Source: a virus (Duplodnaviria > Heunggongvirae > Uroviricota > Caudoviricetes). From it: a stretch of DNA of 30,566 bases. The notes under the pieces were generated by a model. It worked only from the letters and a program-made list of their open reading frames with translations. It had not been told where the DNA came from and searched no databases. Position numbers and translations under genes: made by a program. This document shows, piece by piece, positions 1-8,679 of the stretch. The first letter of the stretch is position 1. Every line of letters begins with the position of its first letter. The DNA lies in IMG/VR virus record IMGVR_UViG_2609459826_000004, positions 1-30,566 of that record. One strand, 5' to 3'.

Positions 1-1194
1 ATGATCACCGACACAAAGCTCAGGAAGGCGCTCGGCAAGAAAAGAGATGATATCGAGATTATTTCTGATTCGCACGGGCTCAACGCCAGAATCAGCCAGG
101 CCGGAAAAATATCATTTTTCTATCGGTATCGCTGGGCCGGTAAAGCGGTAAAACTCAATGTTGGTGATTATCCTGCAATGAGTATCACCCAGGCAAGAGA
201 GCGTCGCCAACAATTCAGAAACTGGTTAACTGAGGGACTGGATCCGCGAGAGCAGGTGAAGCTGGATAAGCAGACCCGACAGGAAGCGATGTCCGTTGCC
301 GAAGCGTTCAATTACTGGATTGAAAGGCACTGTATCGCTAACGGGCTAGTTAAAGTCGATTACTATCGCCAGGTGTTTGAGAAACATATCGCCGAACCGA
401 TGAAGAATGTCAAAGTCGATAACACAGCGAAAATGCACTGGATCAACGTCTTCGATTCTATAGAAAGCAGGGTGATGGCTCATTACATGCTTTCGCTGTG
501 CAAACGGGCGTTTAGGTTCTGCGTTAACAGAAGTGTGATCGCCTCAAACCCACTCGAGGGATTACTGCCATCTGATGTCGGGCAAAAGCCTAAAAAGAGA
601 ACTCGCAGGATGGACGATGACGATCTGCGCAAAATCTATCAGTGGTTGAAAAGCCATATGTCGATAGAGTCCGTTTTCCTGGTGAAATTTATTATGCTTA
701 CCGGATGCCGTACGGCTGAGATTCGACTTAGTGAGAGATCATGGTTTCGATTGGATGATAATGAGTGGGTCGTGCCTGCGGGCAGTTATAAAACTCGGGT
801 ACATATTAGAAGGGGACTCTCAGACGCCGCCGTTAACCTGGTCAGAAATCACCTCAAGAAAATAAACACCAATCACCTGGTGACTTCACAACGTAAAATT
901 GATGGCGGGATCAAAGATTCGCCCGTTCATTCACCTGTGGCATCCAATTACGCCCGTTCTATTTGGAATGGAACAGGTATGGCAGAGTGGTCGCTTCATG
1001 ATATGAGGCGGACGATAGCCACAAATCTCTCTGAGTTAGGTTGCCCGCCGCACGTAATTGAAAAGCTGCTCGGGCATCAGATGGTGGGGGTTATGGCGCA
1101 TTACAACCTTCATGACTATATCGATGATCAGAAACACTGGCTCCGCGTTTGGCAGAGCCATCTTGAAGAGATCATCGGAGAGCCCTTCAGTTAA
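1..1194 (+). CDS. int: Tyrosine-recombinase integrase, P4-type
   Basis: 397-aa ORF. N-terminal arm-binding signature ([10 protein letters not shown]...[10 protein letters not shown]) typical of P4-family integrases; C-terminal HDMRRT...LLGHQ...MAHY region fits the tyrosine-recombinase catalytic core. Lies at the prophage edge, overlapping the convergent xis-like gene by 4 nt. Confidence 0.85.
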
Positions 1195-1433
1195 TTTATC
1201 TTCTTTTTATCCTCCCACTCTTTGATTGACTCAGAGCGCCAGCGGTTAGGGTTGCCGGGCCAGTCAGGGGGTGGGAACGGGCATACGAAGCCCCGAGGCA
1301 TTGTGTCTGCACTTTGCCATGACCAAAGGGTTTTGCGTGAAATTTTGTAGCGACTGGTCAGGTCTGACGTTACCAAAATATCATCCATAGCTCTCTCCAG
1401 TTGCCCGTTCGGGCCATTCAAAATCTTTTTCAA
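1191..1433 (-). CDS. AlpA/Xis-family excisionase-like HTH protein
   Basis: 80-aa ORF next to int. The pattern ...RKTLWSW...FPPP...NRWR.SEI.EWE resembles AlpA/excisionase-family small DNA-binding proteins. Functional call is from position plus this motif. Confidence 0.55.
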
Positions 1434-1672
1434 CCAATCTGCCCGGGCAGGGAGCGGAGACGGCGCATGCCGGTCATCGCTGTGGCCACGTAGCTCGCCT
1501 TTCGGTTCACCACCTCCACCCAGACTTTCACGCCTTCAACCTTCACCGTATAAGTCTCTTTCATCTTGCTTCGCCCATAGTCGCCATATGTTTGCAAGTG
1601 AGCTGCCAGCGCGATGTCGCATGCTTGGCGAGCTAAAGGTGATTGCTTACTTCCTCGATTGATCAGTCGCAT
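1430..1672 (-). CDS. Hypothetical early-left protein
   Basis: 80-aa ORF, 4-nt overlap with the xis-like gene (translational coupling), same strand as the early-left operon. Confidence 0.4.
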   Translation of the reverse strand: MRLINRGSKQSPLARQACDIALAAHLQTYGDYGRSKMKETYTVKVEGVKVWVEVVNRKASYVATAMTGMRRLRSLPGQIG

Positions 1673-1710
1673 ATAATCTCCTTGAGGGAGGGTTACCCCT
1701 CCCGGTCTCG

Positions 1711-2829
1711 TCAGGCCACGTATTCCGGTTTCATATCCGCCAGGGTGATGCTGAATTGATCGTGCAGTTCATCGCCTAAGTGACGCTTTGAAGATGCAAG
1801 CATGCGCTCGGCTTCAGCGAACCGTTCGGCTGCATGCGGCTCGTCGGGCTGGGGCAGGGATTTAATAGCCTCCTCAACCTTGTTGCGTGCATCCACTAGG
1901 TAATAACGCTTTACGGCTTTGTTTTTCAGCTCGGTGAATAGTGCGGATCCCAGCGTAGCTTTCGCCGTTTCAATGTCGGCACGCAGCGATTTGGCGCTAT
2001 CCACGTCCTGAGCAGATTCGATGCGTTCGCGGAAATCATCGGCAAGAGAGTCGACATTTACCGACGATTCCTGTGCGCTTTGCGTGGTTGTGACGGTGTC
2101 ACCTGAGATATCAGCCAGGCTAACGCGTTGCGGCGTTGGGTTGATCTCTTTTTCTGTGCGCTGTTCAATCTCATCAGGGGTGTACACACCAAGAACAACT
2201 GCAGGGCAATATAGGCGCGCCCAGTATTTGAGTGCCAGATAAGCGATCTGCTGTTTCGGGTTTGATACCCAAAGTGGAGAATTACGTGTGATTACGCTGG
2301 AGAGGAAAACAGGCTCTCCCCAGGTGATATCACTTTCACCGCGAATAACGGCACCTACCCGTACCGACAGTCCTTGTTCATCAGCACTTTCCCAACCGCG
2401 TACCATTTCTTTCTTGTCGTACGTCCCGCCACCTTTCGCAGGCTTTTTAACGGTTATCTCGCGGCTGCTGGCACATTTCGACCAGTCGCCCTCGTACTCA
2501 TAGTGAAAGCGGCCAACGATGGCGTTTGAGCTGGAGATCACCGCATTAACCAGTTGCGCTTCGTATCCCAGGACACCGTTAACCAGGTGCGTCTTTTGCG
2601 CCACGGCGTAAGGGTTCATACCCCACTGCATCGCCTGCATGATGATGGCCATGCAGTCTGCCGGATTGCCGCGGAGGTGCTCAGGCACCGTTACGGCTGC
2701 CTGTGCCATCAACCCGGCGACAGACTGAAGCTGGGTTAAAGCCTGCACGTTGAAAATGGCATTGCTGGCTGAGATCGTGTTTGGAGTCTGCTGTTCAGCG
2801 GTTACGATATTCGTGTTTTCCATCATCAT
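1711..2829 (-). CDS. Single-strand annealing recombinase, RecT/Redbeta superfamily
   Basis: 372-aa ORF directly downstream of recE (recE stop 2835, SD-like AAGGGGA, then three consecutive ATGs at 2821-2829). Contains AMQWGMNPY and NPKQQIAYLALKYWARL segments resembling lambda Bet (ANQYGLNPW / HPKRMLRHKAMIQCARL) as I recall it. The exact start among the three ATGs is uncertain. Confidence 0.7.
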   Translation of the reverse strand: MMMENTNIVTAEQQTPNTISASNAIFNVQALTQLQSVAGLMAQAAVTVPEHLRGNPADCMAIIMQAMQWGMNPYAVAQKTHLVNGVLGYEAQLVNAVISSSNAIVGRFHYEYEGDWSKCASSREITVKKPAKGGGTYDKKEMVRGWESADEQGLSVRVGAVIRGESDITWGEPVFLSSVITRNSPLWVSNPKQQIAYLALKYWARLYCPAVVLGVYTPDEIEQRTEKEINPTPQRVSLADISGDTVTTTQSAQESSVNVDSLADDFRERIESAQDVDSAKSLRADIETAKATLGSALFTELKNKAVKRYYLVDARNKVEEAIKSLPQPDEPHAAERFAEAERMLASSKRHLGDELHDQFSITLADMKPEYVA

Positions 2830-2834
2830 TCCCC

Positions 2835-5732
2835 TTATGCCTGAGTACGCAGCGCTTCAAGGCGGCGCAGGTCGAAGTCGTTCAGTTCGTCGGTGTAGTC
2901 AGCAGTGATTGGCGCTGGCCATTCACCTGTGTCGAATCCGGTTGCGATATTGCGCATCGCTTTGCGGTACTCGAGCATACCCAGCTCCAGTAGTTCAGCG
3001 GATGCCTCGATGATGGCGATCCAGTGGTAGTTCTCGTCTTTGTTGACGAAAATCCAGAAGAACTGATCCAGCGCTGCGGTTTCGCAGTACATAGCCGCGC
3101 TCAGGTGATAATCACGTTCAATAATTTCCCGGTGTAGCCTGGCGCGCAGGCTTTCCTGCTTAACATTCCACATGCTGATGGTTTTCAGGTCTGCACCTAT
3201 ACGCACGCCATCCAGGTCGATCTCAAGGTCAGGGCGCACACGAACTTCCAAGCCCGTCTCCTCGTCAAAACCAAAGTAGCTCACCTCAACGGCTCGGCTA
3301 GGGGGGGTCAGCAGCATGCCGGCGGTCGGGTGTGCCAGAAGCGCTTTTTGAATATTCAGCGCGGTGCTCAGCTGCTGGCGGGTGACCAGCACTTTTCCTT
3401 CCGGGTTATCGCGCCAGGCATCCAGCAGTTCGTCGGCAAATACGGCATCTGGTTTGACTGCCTTCACGGCCTGGATCATGTCTGCTTTGGTACCGGACAC
3501 TTTCAGTGGTGCCGGTTTCTGTGCTTCCTGAGCCACAAGGTCAGGGTTGATGATTGCCAACTGCTCCAGCAGCGCGTCACGGCTGCCGCTGGTTTTAACC
3601 GGCGGCGGCAGGGTGGCGTTGTACTCTTTAATGCATGCCTTCATTGCCGTCGCCGTCTGCTTCTGGTCACCATCAATACGCTGGAAGTCAGCTGGCAGCG
3701 CCATATAGTTCTGTGCCGTTTCTTCCAGGTTAGCGCCAAGCGGAACCTGCGGCGGCAGGGTGGCGTTGTACTCTTCCAGTAACACCTTGATGTCGTCGGC
3801 AGACAGCAGCGCCGGCAGGCTGGCATTGTGCTCATCGATAAAGGCGCGCAGGGTCGCGGCCGTTGTGAATGCGCCTTCAGGGATCACCGGTTCAACGCTG
3901 AATTCTGCGTCCAGTAGTTCAGGCTGCAACGCCAGCGCATGCACCAAGTTGCCCATGTCCAGCACCGCTGAGCGCTCTTTGACGATGGTTTTCTCTACGT
4001 GGCGCGCATTGAAGTACATCAGCGAAACGCGCGCATCTTTCACCTGGGTTGAGCTGATGCCGTTGGCGGCGTGGTAAACCTCGTTTGGCAGCCCTTCATA
4101 GCGGCCTGGCTCGAAATAAGCGGGATAAACAACAGCTGGTTCGTCAGATTGCGCTTCTGGCTCGGTTTGTGCTGCAACTGGTTCGGTTTGGCTTACAGAA
4201 TCGCTATTTTTGGCGACAGAATCCGTATTCTGGTCTACATCGTCCTTCTGGCTGGTATCTGACTCTTCACCAGACTCCAGACTGCTTTCGCCTGGCTGTA
4301 CTTCATCACCAGCTTGTTTTTCATCACTGACAGTTTCTTGAACCTGCACATTGCTGGTGGTCTCCGTAGCCTTTTTCGTGCCATGAGTTGCTGAGTTCTG
4401 CAGCAAAGCCGTAACGTCGAATATTCCGTTGCCGACATTTTTAACCAGTTCTTGTTCGACTTTCTGCGGTTGTGCTGCCGCTTCCTCTGCGCGGCGGCGT
4501 GCTCCTTCTTCACGCACGCGTTGCAGGTTCTCTTCGTGAGTGCAGAAGGATTTGCGCGGAGACTCCTTACCTTCAGGTTGGGGAATTTCCTGTGCTGCGG
4601 GTTCAGCCTCATGCAACGGCAATAACTCGACCGCGGAATTGAACGCGGCTGTCATGGTCTGGTTAACAAATTCCAGGTGAGCGACAGGAGTTAAATGAAT
4701 ATTTTCCGGTGCGATACGTACCAGGTTAAAAATAGCCGTGCGGTTAACACCCAGAACGCCTGGCTGATTGCGCAGGATGTTGCTCCATGATTTCCATGGT
4801 TCTTCTTTTTTGGTCACGATTTCTTTAGCGCGACGAAGAATGCTGCCCGGGATCTCGAAGTGGTTGAAGTCCATAGGCAGAAGGGCACACGCAATCTCTA
4901 AATCGAGAGTGTCCAGTGTGTGGTGTGCGTCAGGTCCACGGTCAGTGACGTAACCGCCGTCGGCATTAGTGCCGGAATCAGTACGCTGCACACTACTGAT
5001 GCGATTACCGGCGGCCCATTCGCGAACGAGGATACCGCGGTCGATGTGATCTGTAGCGAACCACAATTTCAAAAACTGGATTAAGGTTGCGAGTTCAGGG
5101 ATTTTTCCATCGACAGGGAAGACTTTCTTAACGGCATTCACGACTTTATGAATATCGTGCTCAATGGCTTTTTTGAATGCTTCCACATTCTCAGCTGCCA
5201 GCAGCAGGTTCTGGACGTAGCTGTTATCCACATCCAGCTCGAGTCCCTGAATAATTTTCTTTTGCTCAGAATCGATGTGATAAACGTATTCATCAGAGAT
5301 GAACTGAGCCAAGATACGCTGGCGCAAGGATAGGGTGGCGACAGTGATCAACTGCGGCTGTTCTGCCTGCTGGGATTCGTCTGCATGGCCGGTTTCACCA
5401 TCAACGACATTGTCATCAGCCTGGTGGTTTTCTTCCTGCGCCGCGTTATCAGCTTTCAATTTCACATTCCAGGTGCGCTGGTCTTCGGCCAGTTCGTAAC
5501 GATCACACCAGGTGAAATCAACTTCACCTTCTTCTGGCAGGTCATCAACAACCGGGAAGTCAGTGCGAATTGGTTTGGCGTAGTCCTTGCCGCGGCCGGT
5601 TTCGATGCCAGCATCTTCCAGCGCAACGTCCAGCATCAGGTTGGCGCGAGCCTCGGTTTTAGCAGTGAACCAGACCACTGCATCTTGCTTTCCGGATTTC
5701 TGAGTGGCTTTAACCACATTAAAGAATTCCAT
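2835..5732 (-). CDS. recE: Exodeoxyribonuclease VIII (RecE-like) 5'-3' dsDNA exonuclease
   Basis: 965-aa ORF. N-terminal segment IRTDFPVVDDLPEEGEVDFTWCDRYEL closely matches the E. coli Rac RecE N-terminus as I recall it ([26 protein letters not shown]). Acidic low-complexity linker, C-terminal nuclease-sized domain, GAGGA RBS 6 nt before the ATG. Confidence 0.8.
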   Translation of the reverse strand: MEFFNVVKATQKSGKQDAVVWFTAKTEARANLMLDVALEDAGIETGRGKDYAKPIRTDFPVVDDLPEEGEVDFTWCDRYELAEDQRTWNVKLKADNAAQEENHQADDNVVDGETGHADESQQAEQPQLITVATLSLRQRILAQFISDEYVYHIDSEQKKIIQGLELDVDNSYVQNLLLAAENVEAFKKAIEHDIHKVVNAVKKVFPVDGKIPELATLIQFLKLWFATDHIDRGILVREWAAGNRISSVQRTDSGTNADGGYVTDRGPDAHHTLDTLDLEIACALLPMDFNHFEIPGSILRRAKEIVTKKEEPWKSWSNILRNQPGVLGVNRTAIFNLVRIAPENIHLTPVAHLEFVNQTMTAAFNSAVELLPLHEAEPAAQEIPQPEGKESPRKSFCTHEENLQRVREEGARRRAEEAAAQPQKVEQELVKNVGNGIFDVTALLQNSATHGTKKATETTSNVQVQETVSDEKQAGDEVQPGESSLESGEESDTSQKDDVDQNTDSVAKNSDSVSQTEPVAAQTEPEAQSDEPAVVYPAYFEPGRYEGLPNEVYHAANGISSTQVKDARVSLMYFNARHVEKTIVKERSAVLDMGNLVHALALQPELLDAEFSVEPVIPEGAFTTAATLRAFIDEHNASLPALLSADDIKVLLEEYNATLPPQVPLGANLEETAQNYMALPADFQRIDGDQKQTATAMKACIKEYNATLPPPVKTSGSRDALLEQLAIINPDLVAQEAQKPAPLKVSGTKADMIQAVKAVKPDAVFADELLDAWRDNPEGKVLVTRQQLSTALNIQKALLAHPTAGMLLTPPSRAVEVSYFGFDEETGLEVRVRPDLEIDLDGVRIGADLKTISMWNVKQESLRARLHREIIERDYHLSAAMYCETAALDQFFWIFVNKDENYHWIAIIEASAELLELGMLEYRKAMRNIATGFDTGEWPAPITADYTDELNDFDLRRLEALRTQA
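3597..3775. repeat. Intragenic 32-bp direct repeat (2 copies, 1 mismatch) inside recE
   Basis: aacc[g/t]gcggcggcagggtggcgttgtactctt at 3597-3628 and 3744-3775, 147 bp apart (in frame), with a degenerate third copy near 3811-3833. Encodes repeated E(E/K)YNATLPP peptide units. Confidence 0.6.
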
Positions 5733-5872
5733 GTGAGATCCTCATTTTTGGGTGTTAGAATCCCCGGACCATTGATAGCGCCCATTGGGTTAACTTTGGT
5801 TTTAATGTTGTTTCCGGTGTAACTTTGGTCGGTGAGGCCGGACATGGCGGGCCCACTTCGGTGGGCTTTCGC

Positions 5873-6160
5873 TTAACTGACGGCTACGATCGCCTCATTC
5901 ATAAAATCTTGCTTGTATGTACGGTAGGTTCCCCAGCCGGCGTAATCGCTATCGCTGATTTTGAGTACCAGCAAGCTGATCTCCTCAATGGCGCAGTGCG
6001 GGCAATCAAACTTGCCAAGCACATAGCCACCGTCGAGAATGACTGTTGTTTCACCGTTTGTAGTTGAGTGAATAACGCCTGATACTTTCTTCTCGCAGTT
6101 GAATGCAGCCACTTCTTTATTCACTGCTTTCAGGTTCATTTCGATTTTTACGATTTCCAT
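5873..6160 (-). CDS. Hypothetical early-left protein
   Basis: 95-aa ORF upstream of recE on the same strand; GGAG RBS 6 nt before the ATG. Confidence 0.5.
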   Translation of the reverse strand: MEIVKIEMNLKAVNKEVAAFNCEKKVSGVIHSTTNGETTVILDGGYVLGKFDCPHCAIEEISLLVLKISDSDYAGWGTYRTYKQDFMNEAIVAVS

Positions 6161-6245
6161 AAAATCTCCAGTTGTTAAATTAAGGGTGTAAGAAGCCGCG
6201 CCAAATTAATGGCGAATTTTTCATTTCATATTTCAGGACTGCTAT

Positions 6246-6404
6246 TTAACTTTCGTGCGCCATCTGGTCGTATTCAGCGCATTGCTTAGAGCAATATTCT
6301 TTTTCTTTCTGTGCCAGTTGCGAACCGTTGAGATAGAGCAAGGTGCTCTTTACTTCTGCGCCTTCTTCAACAGGCTTGTGGCAATAACCACATTCTTTTT
6401 TCAT
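6246..6404 (-). CDS. Small Cys-rich protein (putative zinc-binding), 52 aa
   Basis: Below the 60-aa cutoff of the ORF track. ATG at 6402-6404 (minus) preceded by AAGGA at 6-nt spacing. Translation MKKECGYCHKPVEEGAEVKSTLLYLNGSQLAQKEKEYCSKQCAEYDQMAHES has CxxC and CxxxC pairs. Confidence 0.35.
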   Translation of the reverse strand: MKKECGYCHKPVEEGAEVKSTLLYLNGSQLAQKEKEYCSKQCAEYDQMAHES

Positions 6405-6437
6405 CACCTGTCCTTAAAGTGTTTTGGCAACTCTCCG

Positions 6438-6644
6438 TTAATGGCTGAGGCCATTCCCCAGACCGTTCAGATAAACTTCAACCAGCAAATCCTTGGTGTA
6501 AGTCATTTCTACGCCGCGATGCAGATACAAACGTCCGCGAGCGTTAGCTGATGCCGTCCAGGTTGAGTCTTTGTGTTTGACGAGCATCCCCGGCTGAACT
6601 GCGCCGCGGTTTACTGTCTGTGTACCGTAGTGCTGGTTTACCAT
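6438..6644 (-). CDS. Hypothetical early-left protein
   Basis: 68-aa ORF; GAGGA RBS 5 nt upstream of the ATG; in the leftward operon. Confidence 0.45.
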   Translation of the reverse strand: MVNQHYGTQTVNRGAVQPGMLVKHKDSTWTASANARGRLYLHRGVEMTYTKDLLVEVYLNGLGNGLSH

Positions 6645-6778
6645 GATTTCCTCTTGGCCTTATCGCGGCGAACGGAACGGTTAATACAAGACTTCAACGC
6701 ATTTATTCAGTGTTTCAATGGGCGGTGGATGGCCGCCGGTTGTCATAACTTGAGCCACTCGTAAATGACTCCAGGTAT

Positions 6779-6802
6779 GAAAAAGCCGCTGGTTAGGCGG
6801 CT
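6779..6802 (-). terminator. Intrinsic terminator after the first leftward gene
   Basis: On the minus strand, hairpin AGCCGC / GCGGCT (6784-6802, 7-nt loop) followed by a U-run (complement of A6779-A6784). Overlaps the stop codon of the 6801-7097 gene. Confidence 0.5.
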
Positions 6803-7097
6803 ATTGAGGTTCGCGCGGCTTGTGGTCGAATCGGTGCCACCCGTCAGTTAATTCAAATGGAGCATAACTTTCCCGGCGCTCAGCGAACCCAAGCTCAACA
6901 GACAGAGCGTGCAGCTCATGCCGACGCTTAATCTGTTCCATCGCAATCCAGTCAGCATCGGCATTGCGCTTTTGAGCTTGCTTCGGCGACAGGTCTAAAC
7001 TGTTTATTTCACTTAGTTTCTGCTGACGCTTGATGTCCTGTTTCATATTGCGAAGCGCATTTATCATTGAGTCGATGCGCTTGATGTCGTCGATCAT
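6801..7097 (-). CDS. Hypothetical protein, first gene of the leftward early operon
   Basis: Track ORF extends to 7193, but the internal ATG at 7095-7097 has a GAGGG RBS; gives a 98-aa charged, coiled-coil-like protein (MIDDIKRIDSMINALRNMKQ...). Followed by an intrinsic terminator. Confidence 0.5.
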   Translation of the reverse strand: MIDDIKRIDSMINALRNMKQDIKRQQKLSEINSLDLSPKQAQKRNADADWIAMEQIKRRHELHALSVELGFAERRESYAPFELTDGWHRFDHKPREPQ

Positions 7098-7325
7098 CCC
7101 CTTACCCTCTGTCGTTACCCGCTGATGCGGGAGAAATGCTTTGTGGTGCAGCGCCGGGTGCTTATCTTCCGGTTGCCGTCGATGCAGCTGCAATTCACTG
7201 CACTACAAAACATTCCAGTTATTGCCGGGGTATTTATCCGCGCCCGGCGCGCGCTTTCCCGCTATTCCCCAACAGCAAGAAATCGCTTACTCTTTAAGCT
7301 CCCCAACAGTAGAAAGGATATGTTC

Positions 7326-7547
7326 ATGCAAACCATGCGGACCGTGTGCCCTGACTGCGGAAGTGAGATGTTCAACCAGCCCGATGATTTTGACTTTGAG
7401 ACAAATTTCACCGGCGTCAGTTGTGCTGACTGTGGTCGCGAAATCACTAAGGACGATGTTGTCAATCAGGCCACGGACACGGTCAAAAAACAGATCGACG
7501 ACATGCTCAGGAATTCCCTGAAAGGAGCTGGCTGGAAGTTCAAGTAA
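7326..7547 (+). CDS. Small zinc-ribbon protein (two CxxC pairs)
   Basis: MQTMRTVCPDCGSEMF...VSCADCGREIT has two CxxC motifs about 20 residues apart. AAGGA lies 7 nt upstream of the ATG at 7326. Hand-counted third-position GC is about 47/73 in this frame versus about 36/73 for the antisense ORF 7287-7634. Coding strand still ambiguous. Confidence 0.45.
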   Translation: MQTMRTVCPDCGSEMFNQPDDFDFETNFTGVSCADCGREITKDDVVNQATDTVKKQIDDMLRNSLKGAGWKFK

Positions 7548-7825
7548 CTTTAAAAGCTCCCCGGTCTGGGTAAGCACTTCGCTGGCGTCTACATTGAGCA
7601 GTAGTGGCGCCATTTTTTTATCTGACATATACACCCCTCTGATTGTTTACCGTCAGCCCCTCGCAAAGAGCTGCTGGTAAATCGTTTAGCCATAATTGCC
7701 GCTCTTCCTGAGCCCGCCTATGGTCCGACGCATGGTTTACTGTCGCGCCGTTCGACTGACCGAATCTCCACTTCGCCGCTGGCTAACTTCGCTCAGCTGT
7801 CGATGTTTCGTTTCGATGGGGTAAA

Positions 7826-7900
7826 TTTAGCGTTATGCTAAATTATGCGCAATAGCAAAATGCTAAATTGTTGAATGGTTTTATTTAGCGTATTGATTAA
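7826..7900. promoter_or_regulatory. Left operator region (OL-like), 2-3 repressor-binding palindromes
   Basis: TTTAGCGTTATGCTAAA (7826-7842), AATAGCAAAATGCTAAA (7851-7867), weaker TTTAGCGTATTGATTAA (7884-7900). The first is the exact reverse complement of the OR site at 8729-8745. Confidence 0.6.
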
Positions 7901-7937
7901 TAAGCGATTAAAAATTTACAGCGAAGGAATTCGGGAC

Positions 7938-7965
7938 GTAAAAAAGCCCGCGCGATGGCGGGCTT
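7938..7965 (-). terminator. Intrinsic terminator downstream of the repressor gene
   Basis: Hairpin AAGCCCGC / GCGGGCTT (7944-7965, loop GCGATG) followed on the minus strand by a U-run (complement of A7941-A7945), just after the cI-like stop at 7984. Confidence 0.5.
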
Positions 7966-7983
7966 GAGGGGTTTTGCGTGAGG

Positions 7984-8661
7984 TTATGGGATGTTTAGTA
8001 TTTTGGCATCAACCACAACGCCGATGATTTTGCAGTTTCCATTAATTTCTAGCATTGGATATGCGGGGTTAAGGGGCTTTAGGAAGCGTCTGCCGGCATC
8101 GATTACAAGCTTCTTAAAGGTCGCTTCGTTATCGCCTTCTAGCTTCGCGACAACCAGCTTTCCGTTGCGCGGCTCGACTTCAGGATCAACAAGTATCGCT
8201 GCTCCCTCGGGTATGCTCAGTCCAGCCGGGGAGGTCATAGAATCCCCTTTAACGTCCAGCCAGAATGAATCTTCTGAGCAGTCAACAGTCGTGTCATACC
8301 AGCGATCTATCGCTCTTCGGTGATAAGGTTCTACAGCTTCCATCCATTGCCCCGCGCTTACCCAGCTGATTACAGGATAACTTCCTTTTGTCTCGTTCAG
8401 TCCTCGAAATGCAACGTTCGAAGGTTCTTCACTGGCGTGTAAAACATCCATCCAGCCAAAAGGCAGATCAAGCGCAGTTTCAATTTTGCGAGCCATCTTA
8501 TCGCCGATATTGCGATGAGGGTTTGGTCCCAGTAGCTGGCTAAGCGCAGCCGGACTTGTCTCGATGAGCTCGGCAAACTGCGCTTTGGTCATTCCAGACT
8601 CGTGCTGACGCTTCTCGTACAGCGCTTCCAGGTTGGCTTTTCTGATTTCTTTATTTTCCAT
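7984..8661 (-). CDS. cI: cI-like phage repressor (N-terminal HTH, C-terminal LexA/S24 peptidase domain)
   Basis: Start placed at the internal ATG 8659-8661 (MENKEIRK...), since the longer track ORF reads through the operator region. N-terminal HTH-like segment (MTKAQFAELIETSPAALSQL), C-terminal S24 signature with GDSM serine and downstream lysine (VVAKLEGD). Divergent from the Cro-like gene across OR. Confidence 0.85.
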   Translation of the reverse strand: MENKEIRKANLEALYEKRQHESGMTKAQFAELIETSPAALSQLLGPNPHRNIGDKMARKIETALDLPFGWMDVLHASEEPSNVAFRGLNETKGSYPVISWVSAGQWMEAVEPYHRRAIDRWYDTTVDCSEDSFWLDVKGDSMTSPAGLSIPEGAAILVDPEVEPRNGKLVVAKLEGDNEATFKKLVIDAGRRFLKPLNPAYPMLEINGNCKIIGVVVDAKILNIP

Positions 8662-8679
8662 ACCTGCATTGTTACTGCT

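Noticed and set aside
7585-7616. Possible terminator after the zinc-ribbon ORF (TGGCGCCA palindrome plus T7 run)
   Set aside because: The palindrome has no loop and alternative stems require a 20-nt loop. Not convincing as an intrinsic terminator.
7287-7634. 115-aa minus-strand ORF in the position of a leftward first gene (N-like position)
   Set aside because: Fully overlaps the plus-strand zinc-ribbon ORF, has the lower third-position GC by hand count and no Arg-rich N-like motif. Kept as an alternative in the findings, not called as a feature.
7710-7716. boxA-like CGCTCTT heptamer as a nut site for N-type antitermination
   Set aside because: It lies on the plus strand, the wrong orientation for the leftward operon, and no adjacent boxB hairpin was evident. 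Too short to call.
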